Shown here: positions 25,369 to 32,107 of the stretch, in pieces
How the letters are laid out: every line of letters starts with the position of its first letter
Position numbering within the stretch: position 1 is the first letter of the stretch
Source of the DNA: a virus
Direction: 5' to 3' (one strand)
IMG/VR virus record: IMGVR_UViG_3300045988_085840
DNA length: 32,905 nucleotides
The notes under the pieces: model-generated
The model's database searches: none
Seen by the model: the letters and a program-made list of their open reading frames with translations, nothing else
Told to the model about the DNA's origin: nothing
Made by a program: the position numbers and the translations under genes

Positions 25369-26343
25369 ATGAACAAACAGGAATTTTTACAGTTAATCGT
25401 ACCACTTGCACAGGCAGAGGCAAAAAGAAGAAAGGACGCAGGCACAGGCTTTGTACTTCCTAGTGTGTGTATCGGACAGGCAGCGTTAGAAACAGGCTGG
25501 GGCGGCTCTAGCCTTATGACTAAGGCTAATGCGTTTTTCGGCATTAAGGCTACTACGAGCTGGGGCGGCAAAGTGTTTAGCTCAAAAACGCAGGAGTGCT
25601 ACGACAATGTTAATTACACAACTATTACAGCAGCATTTAGAACGTACGACACACCAGCAGACAGCGTAAAGGACTATTACGACCTCATTACAGGCAGCGC
25701 ACGTTACGCAGCCGCAGTAAATGTAACAGACGCACGTACAGCTATTACAGCTATTAAAGAGGGCGGCTACGCCACAAGCCCTACATACATAGCTAATGTT
25801 ATGGCGGTCATTGACAGTAACGACTTAACACAGTACGATAATGTGGTAACAGGAAATGCAGAGCCACAGCCAGCGGCAGGAAAGAGCGCCGAAGAACTGG
25901 CAGACGAGATTATTAACGGAGTATGGGGAAATAACCCAGAACGCCGCGAGAATATCACAGCCAAGTACGGCGCAGCGGCATACGAAGCAGCGCAGGCTAT
26001 CGTAAATCAGAGAGCAGGAGCGACAGAACCAGCAAAGCCAAGCAAGAGCACCGAAGAGCTGGCGCAGGAAATTATTAACGGAGTATGGGGCAGCAATCCA
26101 GAACGCCGCGAGAATATCACAGCGCAGTACGGAGAGGCAGCGTATGAGGCAGCACAGGCGCGCGTAAACGAGATTATGGGCGCAGGCTCTACCATTAAGA
26201 GCAAAACAGCCGAAGAGCTGGCAGACGAGATTATTAGAGGCGAGTGGGGCAGCAATCCAGAACGCCGCGAGAATATCACAGCCAAGTACGGGGCAGACGC
26301 TTACAGAGCAGCGCAGGCTATTGTAAACGAGCGTATGGGGTAA
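25369..26343 (+). CDS. Endolysin: N-terminal glucosaminidase domain plus three Cpl-7-type cell-wall-binding repeats
   Basis: 324 aa. IGQAALETGWGGS...FFGIK...YATSPTYI resembles the mannosyl-glycoprotein endo-beta-N-acetylglucosaminidase family. It is followed by three copies of AEELAxEIIxGxWGxNPERRENITAxYG..AY.AAQ..VN (CW_7 style). Confidence 0.85.
   Translation: MNKQEFLQLIVPLAQAEAKRRKDAGTGFVLPSVCIGQAALETGWGGSSLMTKANAFFGIKATTSWGGKVFSSKTQECYDNVNYTTITAAFRTYDTPADSVKDYYDLITGSARYAAAVNVTDARTAITAIKEGGYATSPTYIANVMAVIDSNDLTQYDNVVTGNAEPQPAAGKSAEELADEIINGVWGNNPERRENITAKYGAAAYEAAQAIVNQRAGATEPAKPSKSTEELAQEIINGVWGSNPERRENITAQYGEAAYEAAQARVNEIMGAGSTIKSKTAEELADEIIRGEWGSNPERRENITAKYGADAYRAAQAIVNERMG
25885..26340 (+). 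repeat. Three in-frame tandem repeats (162 and 159 bp periods) encoding Cpl-7 repeats
   Basis: Repeat anchors (g/a)ccgaaga start at 25888, 26050 and 26209. All three copies share an identical 26-bp core, ccagaacgccgcgagaatatcacagc. Confidence 0.85.
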
Positions 26344-26347
26344 GCGT

Positions 26348-26554
26348 ATGGCAGCTACAGTTATGGGAGAAATTGAAGCGCAGCAGATTATAACAGCAAA
26401 TGCAGCTTGCCAGATTGTAGGCGGCTGCGATTTGTGCCCGTTCTTTAAAGAGGACGTAGAGCGCACGAGAGAACGCGGAAAGTGTCAAGAGGCTATTAAC
26501 GCAGAGAGCGTTAGAGAGGCACTTATAACGCTGCGAGGACAGCTTAGCGAGTAA
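26348..26554 (+). CDS. Hypothetical Cys-containing small protein (68 aa)
   Basis: ORF with an RBS-like atgggg, immediately after the endolysin. No recognisable family. Confidence 0.5.
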   Translation: MAATVMGEIEAQQIITANAACQIVGGCDLCPFFKEDVERTRERGKCQEAINAESVREALITLRGQLSE

Positions 26555-26689
26555 GTACAGAATAGCACCGCTGCGGCTGGGTAATAGTCACGTAACACGC
26601 AAAAGGGCTTGTAAACCCAGTAAATAGAGGGGCTACAGTTTATATTGAGGAAGCTGCGGACAAGGGTAAATTCTAGGAAATCCAGTATT

Positions 26690-26780
26690 TACGCGGATAT
26701 GCGGAAGTATGGAAACCTACGGAAAAGTACAGGTAACTTACACGTAACTAGCGCGTAACTTACACACGTAACTTGCAAAA
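26690..26780. promoter_or_regulatory. Candidate attP arm region with phased direct repeats
   Basis: GTAAC occurs at 26733, 26744, 26755 and 26768 (11/11/13-bp spacing). GTAACTTACAC is repeated at 26733 and 26755. Upstream are 10-bp phased GGAA(A/G)nnTAC units (26701-26730). The region is noncoding and lies between the lysis genes and the 3' end of int. Confidence 0.4.
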
Positions 26781-26783
26781 TAT

Positions 26784-26826
26784 AAGAGGGCAGCAGGCGT
26801 ATAAAAACACCTGTAGCCCTCTTTTT
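26784..26826. terminator. Bidirectional hairpin terminator between the lysis module and integrase
   Basis: aagagggc (26784-26791) pairs with gccctctt (26816-26823), with an inner cagg/cctg pairing. A T-run follows on the + strand, and a T-rich tail follows on the - strand. Confidence 0.55.
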
Positions 26827-26849
26827 AATTGCTGCATATTTGCGGCAAA

Positions 26850-27911
26850 TTAGTATACTATCTTTTCTATCTCGTCGGCGAGCTCTTGCATACTTCTATG
26901 TGTGTATACCTTTTCTGTAATGTCTAATATCTCGTGCCCTACAATCAGCTTAAGTATATACTCATTCATATTTGCAGACTTGGCAGCGCTTATAAAAGTA
27001 TGGCGCGTGTCGTGCGGCTTGTGCGACATATTAAAGCGTTTGTTTATTTTCTTGAAGCGCCCGCGGTATTTATCGTATGTTAGGTGTGTGCCCTGCTGCC
27101 CGTTCTCATCATTAAACAGATAATCGCTACCCATAGCGACAGCTTTATTATAATTGGCTACGACCAGCTCATATATAGCGGAGTGTATCGGCACAACTCT
27201 ATTACGTCCTGCGTCAGTCTTAAGACCGCCAAACATAGTACGAGCCTCTAAGTCTATGTCGGCAATCTTTAATATTGCCAGCTCTTGCGGACGCCAGCCG
27301 CTATAAATTCCTATAAGCACCATATCGACAAAAGGAAAGCTCACATTTTCCCAGAGCGTTTGTATTTCCTCGGAACTAAACGGAATACGTACAATTTTAG
27401 GCTTGCCGCGCTTTACGCTTTCACATAATGCCGCGTAGTCCTTTTCTACAATGTCGTATTTAAGGCAGTACTTATACATTAAGTTATACATACTTTTCAT
27501 ACGCTGCTTAGTGCTATCGCCTACCTTGGCGTCGTGTATGGCGCCCTCTAAGTGGTTCGGGCGTATGTCACGCATACGCATATTGTGTAGTGGTTTAGAG
27601 TGATTAAAGGCAGCAACCCAAGAACGGCAAGAGCTGGGCGTAACCTTTACAAAGTGCTCTTTACTCCAACGCTCGTACACCTCGGCAAAGGTTATAGTAT
27701 TCGTTTCTATGTCGTACGGGTTTTGGTTGTAATTCATAAGAGCAGTTAAAGCCTCTTGCCTCGTCGGATAATATCCGATAGTTAAATATCGTTGCTTAGT
27801 CCTGCCTGTCTTCTCGTCAATCTCCCAACCTTTAGTTTTTCGTGCTATCCAAGGGTTACGGCGCTTACCGCCTTGCTTATATACGCTACCCATTCCATTA
27901 GCAAGTTTCAT
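26850..27911 (-). CDS. int: Tyrosine recombinase (phage integrase)
   Basis: About 353 aa on the - strand. The C-terminal catalytic region contains ...HDTRHTFIS...GH...YTH, an R..HxxR..Y-type signature. The ATG at 27911 (MKLANG) has better RBS spacing (gagg plus 9 nt) than the ORF-track start at 27926. Confidence 0.88.
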   Translation of the reverse strand: MKLANGMGSVYKQGGKRRNPWIARKTKGWEIDEKTGRTKQRYLTIGYYPTRQEALTALMNYNQNPYDIETNTITFAEVYERWSKEHFVKVTPSSCRSWVAAFNHSKPLHNMRMRDIRPNHLEGAIHDAKVGDSTKQRMKSMYNLMYKYCLKYDIVEKDYAALCESVKRGKPKIVRIPFSSEEIQTLWENVSFPFVDMVLIGIYSGWRPQELAILKIADIDLEARTMFGGLKTDAGRNRVVPIHSAIYELVVANYNKAVAMGSDYLFNDENGQQGTHLTYDKYRGRFKKINKRFNMSHKPHDTRHTFISAAKSANMNEYILKLIVGHEILDITEKVYTHRSMQELADEIEKIVY

Positions 27912-27961
27912 ATAGCATAACCTCACTTTCTTATATGTCGGCTTATTTTCTAAAAAAGGGT

Positions 27962-27994
27962 ATAAAAAATAAGCCTATCGGAAACCCTAGGCTT
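27962..27994 (-). terminator. Minus-strand hairpin plus T-run immediately upstream of int
   Basis: aagccta (27971-27977) pairs with taggctt (27988-27994). The + strand A-run at 27964-27969 is a T-run after the hairpin on the - strand. Confidence 0.35.
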
Positions 27995-27995
27995 A

Positions 27996-28004
27996 TGCTA
28001 TAAT
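27996..28004 (+). promoter_or_regulatory. Extended -10 promoter (TGcTATAAT)
   Basis: tgctataat at 27996-28004 matches the TGnTATAAT extended -10 consensus. No good -35 is seen. Confidence 0.4.
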
Positions 28005-28010
28005 AGTACT

Positions 28011-28100
28011 TGCGGGGTACATAACAAGCGAGCAGCCTTTAAGGTTCGTTAGTTGTGTGTCTATGTAGCCGCTCCTGCGCCAACAGGGGCGGCTATTTTT
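28011..28100 (+). ncRNA. Candidate ~85-90 nt small RNA (promoter-to-terminator unit with no ORF)
   Basis: It is bounded by the extended -10 at 27996-28004 and a strong terminator at 28066-28100. There is no start codon or ORF of meaningful length. The internal composition is G/T-rich (ggttcgttagttgtgtgtctatg), unlike coding regions. Confidence 0.35.
28066..28100 (+). terminator. Rho-independent terminator
   Basis: The 12-bp stem tagccgctcctg / caggggcggcta (one G-U pair) has the loop cgccaa and is followed by ttttt (28096-28100). Confidence 0.7.
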
Positions 28101-28182
28101 ATGTATTGAATTTTACAGATATTACCATAAGACATATGCGCAGCCGTCCAGTATAATAGATACTAAAAGAGAGGCTTACATA

Positions 28183-28371
28183 ATGACATATAACTTATGG
28201 CAGATACGAACAGCCAAGGGCTACAGCCTGCGGGAGCTGGAAGAGTTAAGCGGGGTAAGCAAGACCACAATAAACAATATTGAGAACGGAAAAGCAAACC
28301 CGACTATAGAAACCCTGCGCTTACTTGCAGCAGCCCTAGAAGTAGAGCTATTCGATTTACTAGAATTATAA
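28183..28371 (+). CDS. XRE-family helix-turn-helix protein (62 aa)
   Basis: LRELEELSGVSKTTINNIENGKANPTIETLRLLAAAL is a classic HTH_3/XRE motif. RBS is agagagg. Confidence 0.8.
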   Translation: MTYNLWQIRTAKGYSLRELEELSGVSKTTINNIENGKANPTIETLRLLAAALEVELFDLLEL

Positions 28372-28501
28372 TATTGCAAGTTACCGCTGCCAAGAGCTAC
28401 GGGGCATACGTCCGACATAATGGACAAAACAGCCGAAAGCCTTACATATCTTACCGACTAGCGTTATAATTGCCACATCACACAAGAAAGAGGGCGAGCT
28501 A

Positions 28502-28606
28502 GTGGATAAGCTACGGCGGCAGATACGCGAACTACTCGACAGCATAAGCGACGAGCACGTACTTAGAATAATATTACAATTCATACGAGGAATTAAAGGC
28601 AGCTAG
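28502..28606 (+). CDS. Possible 34-aa peptide gene
   Basis: The GTG start is preceded by aagaggg. The product is VDKLRRQIRELLDSISDEHVLRIILQFIRGIKGS. The ORF ends inside the terminator stem. It is very short, so the call is weak. Confidence 0.3.
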   Translation: MDKLRRQIRELLDSISDEHVLRIILQFIRGIKGS

Positions 28607-28624
28607 GCGACTAGCTGCTTTTTT
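28599..28624. terminator. Bidirectional terminator between the convergent + strand genes and the repressor gene
   Basis: Perfect 8-bp stem gcagctag-gcga-ctagctgc followed by tttttt on the + strand. The stem overlaps the stop codon of the - strand repressor gene. Confidence 0.75.
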
Positions 28625-28985
28625 CGTCGTCGCCTTTTATCTTATCAACAAATTTTTTAATAAGTTCCCACTCGGCGGGGGATAACTGCCCCAGAGCAAT
28701 AAACGTATTAAGTATAAACTCGTCGCCGCTGCCAAGAGCTGCCCCGACTATCTGCGCCGCCTTTTCTGCGCGGCTCATTTCCTCGAACATATCGCCAGAG
28801 CCAGTACGTAGCCATTCCTCATTAACTCCGAACTCACGGCAGATAGCAGTAACATTTTGATTAGTTACATTTACTACGCCACTCTCTATACGGCTAATGG
28901 CAGAACGGGTAACGCCGATACGCCCGCCGAAAGTTTCCATACTTAAACCTAGCGCTTTACGTATCTCTTTAACTCTTTCGTTCAT
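28611..28985 (-). CDS. CI-like phage repressor (XRE HTH N-terminal domain)
   Basis: 124 aa on the - strand. It has the HTH LGLSMETFGGRIGVTRSAISRIESG. It is divergent from the early operon across a promoter/operator region. RBS is aaaggag. Confidence 0.8.
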   Translation of the reverse strand: MNERVKEIRKALGLSMETFGGRIGVTRSAISRIESGVVNVTNQNVTAICREFGVNEEWLRTGSGDMFEEMSRAEKAAQIVGAALGSGDEFILNTFIALGQLSPAEWELIKKFVDKIKGDDEKSS

Positions 28986-29019
28986 ATATTTTTTACTCCT
29001 TTCCTAGATTTTCAACATC

Positions 29020-29048
29020 ATCATAACACCATAACGTAACATAAGCAA
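29020..29048 (-). promoter_or_regulatory. Repressor-gene promoter (PRM-like)
   Basis: On the - strand: TTGCTT (+ strand 29043-29048), a 17-nt spacer, then TATGAT (+ strand 29020-29025). It overlaps the operator-like repeat at 29034-29050. Confidence 0.5.
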
Positions 29049-29050
29049 CA
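29034..29050. promoter_or_regulatory. Operator-like 17-bp repeat, copy 1
   Basis: acgtaacataagcaaca, compared with acgtaatgtaagcaaca at 29097-29113 (15 of 17 identical). A third CGTAAC lies at 29076-29081 inside the promoter spacer. Confidence 0.5.
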
Positions 29051-29067
29051 AATTTTTATAAAAACTG

Positions 29068-29096
29068 TTGACAAACGTAACCCACGCAACTATAAT
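29068..29096 (+). promoter_or_regulatory. Early promoter (PR-like), perfect sigma-70/sigma-A consensus
   Basis: TTGACA (29068-29073), exactly 17 nt, then TATAAT (29091-29096), upstream of the early operon starting at 29163. Confidence 0.8.
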
Positions 29097-29113
29097 ACGT
29101 AATGTAAGCAACA
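29097..29113. promoter_or_regulatory. Operator-like 17-bp repeat, copy 2
   Basis: acgtaatgtaagcaaca lies immediately after the -10 hexamer and would occlude the transcription start. Confidence 0.5.
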
Positions 29114-29162
29114 TTACAACATCAAAATAGTACAAGCGGGGTACACGAAAGCGAGGCGAACA

Positions 29163-29408
29163 ATGGCGAGCGTAAGAGACGCAGAGGAAACACTTAACCT
29201 ACTAAAAGAATTTAGCGACGAGATACTCACAGAAGCAGAAAGAAAGGGGCTTTGCGAGCTTGTAACAGAGATTAACTTAAAGAGCTTTGACGAGGGCAAA
29301 GTAGTAGAGATATACAGGGAACAGTACGCAGAGGACGGCGAGCAATACGAAAAGTACTACTACAGCGACGGCACAAGCGTAAAGTGTTGGTTAGGGCTTA
29401 ACGACTAG
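29163..29408 (+). CDS. Early hypothetical protein (81 aa)
   Basis: First ORF of the early operon. RBS gcgagg, acidic product. Confidence 0.6.
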   Translation: MASVRDAEETLNLLKEFSDEILTEAERKGLCELVTEINLKSFDEGKVVEIYREQYAEDGEQYEKYYYSDGTSVKCWLGLND

Positions 29409-29417
29409 GGGGCAAGT

Positions 29418-29660
29418 ATGGTAAAAGATAAAGACGGCGTAGTTAAATACTGGGTACGCCCGCACGAGGTTACGTGTAATTATACAGAATATGAGCACGA
29501 CGTAGAATACGACAGATACTACAGGCTTAGGGAAAGCAGAGAGTACAAGAAACACGGCAAGGCAGTACGCGAGCGAATTACTAAAAAAGAATACTTAGCG
29601 ATAAAGAAGATAACGCAGGAATATATAGCACGCTGCAACAAAAGCAGCGCAGAGGAATAG
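29418..29660 (+). CDS. Early hypothetical protein (80 aa)
   Basis: ORF with RBS aggggg. Confidence 0.6.
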   Translation: MVKDKDGVVKYWVRPHEVTCNYTEYEHDVEYDRYYRLRESREYKKHGKAVRERITKKEYLAIKKITQEYIARCNKSSAEE

Positions 29661-29666
29661 CAGCAT

Positions 29667-29999
29667 ATGTATATGACACAAAGCGAGATAGTAGACCGAT
29701 ACGTAAGGCGCGGCACAAGCATTACTATACTGGCAGAGCTTAACGCCACGAGAGTAGACCAGATTAGGGAAATACTTACAGACGCAGGCGTAGAGCTGCC
29801 AGAGGCAAAGAAAACAAAGCAGCAGCGTATAGAGTGCTGCTACGACGCGCTGGACAATATAGAGCAGCGCATAAAGGAACACGTACAGGAACACAAGGCA
29901 AAAGACCATAAGCAGGAAGTATTAGAGCTGGAATACACAGCAGTAGTAGAGCTTATGCGGCAGTTATCGGACGAAAGAAAGGCAGGCGGCAGAAAATGA
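29667..29999 (+). CDS. Early hypothetical protein (110 aa)
   Basis: ORF with RBS agagga. Possible HTH-like segment GTSITILAELNATRVDQIREIL. Confidence 0.55.
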   Translation: MYMTQSEIVDRYVRRGTSITILAELNATRVDQIREILTDAGVELPEAKKTKQQRIECCYDALDNIEQRIKEHVQEHKAKDHKQEVLELEYTAVVELMRQLSDERKAGGRK

Positions 30000-30373
30000 A
30001 CAAAATACATACAATACAGGACGTTAAGCAGCGCATACACGAGCTTATACAGAAAGAAATAGCAAAGTGCAACAAAGAAATAGAAGAGTTTGAACACAAA
30101 ATAAGAGACAACGCAATAGTATACGGCGGGGGCGGCTGGTGCACACAGTTTGAGAAAGCAAAGAAACGCAGAGAGGACTTTATAGAAGAGCTGCAAGGCT
30201 TAGAACGCGCACAGGGCACAGCAGTAATACTCGACGAAATAAGCATATACTCGTATTCCTGCCCGACTTGCCAAATTAAAGTAATGCTTAATGGCGGCTA
30301 CGGCGAGACTGTAACGTGTCCAGTATGCGAGAGAAGAATATACAGAGCGAACGAACTAGAAGTGATGAAATAG
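29996..30373 (+). CDS. Early protein with C-terminal zinc ribbon (125 aa)
   Basis: ATGA overlap with the upstream gene. The CPTCQ...CPVCE pair of CxxC motifs lies at the C-terminus. Confidence 0.6.
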   Translation: MNKIHTIQDVKQRIHELIQKEIAKCNKEIEEFEHKIRDNAIVYGGGGWCTQFEKAKKRREDFIEELQGLERAQGTAVILDEISIYSYSCPTCQIKVMLNGGYGETVTCPVCERRIYRANELEVMK

Positions 30374-30469
30374 CACGCGGCAGCAGACAGGCTAAAGTAA
30401 ATAATCACTATATACAGCTTGACAGCTACGGACGTTTTAAGGACTAAGAAGAAAGAGAGGTAAAACAGT

Positions 30470-30634
30470 ATGCAGCAGACATTAGAGAGAACGAAAGAAC
30501 AGCAGAGTTTAGAAAATTTTAGCGAGCTTATGCAGGAAGTAGCAAAGCTGCCAGAGGACAAGCGTAATATTGTTGCGATTTACTCGCAGGGTGTACTTGC
30601 TATGGCACAGGCGCAGCAGAATACAGCGAGGTAA
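30470..30634 (+). CDS. Small hypothetical protein (54 aa)
   Basis: ATG with RBS agagagg 9 nt upstream. It fills the gap and is below the ORF-track cutoff. Confidence 0.5.
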   Translation: MQQTLERTKEQQSLENFSELMQEVAKLPEDKRNIVAIYSQGVLAMAQAQQNTAR

Positions 30635-30640
30635 CAAGAT

Positions 30641-30859
30641 ATGCAGGCAGTAAAGATTAAACCAGCAGAGGCAGCCGTTATTATGGGTTGCAGCCCGCAA
30701 TTTGTCCGCATAGGACTACAGCAGGGTAAGTTAGACATAGGCGACGCTATTAAAATGTCGTCGATATGGACATATAACATAAGCGCGGCTGCACTTGCCA
30801 GACGGCAGGGCGTAACAGTAGAAGAGTTAGAGGAAAAAATAAGGGAGCTGCGGAAATGA
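30641..30859 (+). CDS. Excisionase/MerR-like HTH DNA-binding protein (72 aa)
   Basis: IKPAEAAVIMGCSPQFVRIGLQQGKL resembles the HTH_17 / excisionase-type winged helix. Confidence 0.45.
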   Translation: MQAVKIKPAEAAVIMGCSPQFVRIGLQQGKLDIGDAIKMSSIWTYNISAAALARRQGVTVEELEEKIRELRK

Positions 30860-31044
30860 ACAGGCGACAAAGAAAGAAGAAAGACGCAAAAGACTTAATA
30901 CTTATATTTAACTGCGAAATGGTATGTAAACAAGAAACATACGCGAATTTAAAGCAAACAATACAGGCGCAGCTAAACAAGGGCAATGTAATAGTATTGC
31001 CGCCGTATCTGCGATTAGAGGGAATAGCAGGGTTAAAAGAATAA
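30856..31044 (+). CDS. Hypothetical protein (62 aa)
   Basis: ATGA-coupled ORF with a basic N-terminus. Confidence 0.5.
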   Translation: MNRRQRKKKDAKDLILIFNCEMVCKQETYANLKQTIQAQLNKGNVIVLPPYLRLEGIAGLKE

Positions 31045-31068
31045 AGATAATGAAAGAGAGATAAGAAA

Positions 31069-31362
31069 ATGCAGCAAGTAACACTAAGCGCACTTGCGGC
31101 GCTTATAAGCTCGTCAGAACGCGCTAGGGTAATAAAAAACGGCGTCGTAGTGTTTGCAGACTGGGGCTATTACTTAAAAGAGCACTACCAAGAAAAAGGA
31201 TTTACAGGCGACGAGATAGTAACAGACTTTAGGGCGCACTTGGACGTAGCACATAAAGACTGGCACAAGCTGGGACTTATGCCACCACTCGACCAAGAGA
31301 GCGCGCCGCAGTACATAGCGGGCGATATGCGTATAGATATGTATTACGACATTTACATATAA
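31069..31362 (+). CDS. Hypothetical protein (97 aa)
   Basis: ORF with RBS agagag. Confidence 0.55.
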   Translation: MQQVTLSALAALISSSERARVIKNGVVVFADWGYYLKEHYQEKGFTGDEIVTDFRAHLDVAHKDWHKLGLMPPLDQESAPQYIAGDMRIDMYYDIYI

Positions 31363-31482
31363 ACGCCTCTAGCTTAAAGGTAAAGCAGCAGCCGCAAGGC
31401 TGTATATGCAACTTTCGAGGGTTGCGGGGCGTATCTGTCCAATAAAACGGACACTAAAAACAGAAGAAAGGAGAGCGGAAAC

Positions 31483-32088
31483 GTGGAGACAGACAACGCA
31501 GTAGCATTACAGGGCATATTAAAGGAGCTGCGCAAGGTAGATAACATTAACACGCTGCCATTTAACGGATACGAGCTTACAGTTGTTACCGAACGACGCA
31601 GCGGAGCACTTGACGAGGCTATAGTATACGTGCAGGGCGATAATGTAGACAGTATCGGAGTAAATACGCCAGTTATGATACTTGGCAGCTTACAGGCTTA
31701 TAAGAATTTTATAACAGGCAAGGTACTTGTATACGTACTGGCAGAGACAGCGCAGCAGATTACGGGCGAGCACTGGGACTACGAAAACGAGGTACAGTTA
31801 AGCGGAGCACTCGGCAGCGGCATTACATACCGCGAGACGCCACTAGGCAAACGCATAAGCGATATAAGCGTACTGGTAGAGAACAGACTAAAAGACCTAC
31901 ACGGCTGCTATATACCCTGTATCGCTTGGAACGATACAGCAGCTATGGTTAAAGAATGGCACGAGGGCGAGCGCGTAACCTTAAAAGGCAAGCTACAGAG
32001 CAGAGCTTACACTAAACGCGTAGGCGAGCAGCAGGAAGAGCAAAGAACAGCGTACGAGGTATCTATATACGCGATAGGAAAAGAGTAA
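31483..32088 (+). CDS. OB-fold ssDNA-binding-like protein (possibly tandem OB)
   Basis: 201 aa with a GTG start after aaaggag. The C-terminal half, NEVQLSGAL...YRETPLGKRISDISVLVEN...YIPCIAWNDTAAMVKEWHEGERVTLKGKLQSRAY...RTAYEVSIYAI, follows the SSB OB-fold pattern. It has no acidic tail. Confidence 0.45.
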   Translation: METDNAVALQGILKELRKVDNINTLPFNGYELTVVTERRSGALDEAIVYVQGDNVDSIGVNTPVMILGSLQAYKNFITGKVLVYVLAETAQQITGEHWDYENEVQLSGALGSGITYRETPLGKRISDISVLVENRLKDLHGCYIPCIAWNDTAAMVKEWHEGERVTLKGKLQSRAYTKRVGEQQEEQRTAYEVSIYAIGKE

Positions 32089-32107
32089 AAGAAAGGAAAG
32101 CGGAAAA

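Noticed and set aside
25885-26340. Possible CRISPR-like or noncoding tandem repeat array. The same question applies to 15640..16300
   Set aside because: The repeats are in frame inside long ORFs and have periods that are multiples of 3 (162/159 bp and 120 bp). They encode recognisable protein repeats. There is no short repeat/unique spacer organisation anywhere in the window.
28381-28584. Minus-strand 67-aa ORF between the XRE gene and the repressor gene
   Set aside because: It is a Ser/Cys-rich low-complexity product lying downstream of (beyond) the repressor's terminator. The interval is better explained by + strand features.
30418-30446. TTGACA-17-GACTAA promoter-like sequence upstream of the 54-aa ORF
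   Set aside because: The -35 is perfect but the -10 is poor (it lacks the invariant final T), so it is not reported as a feature.
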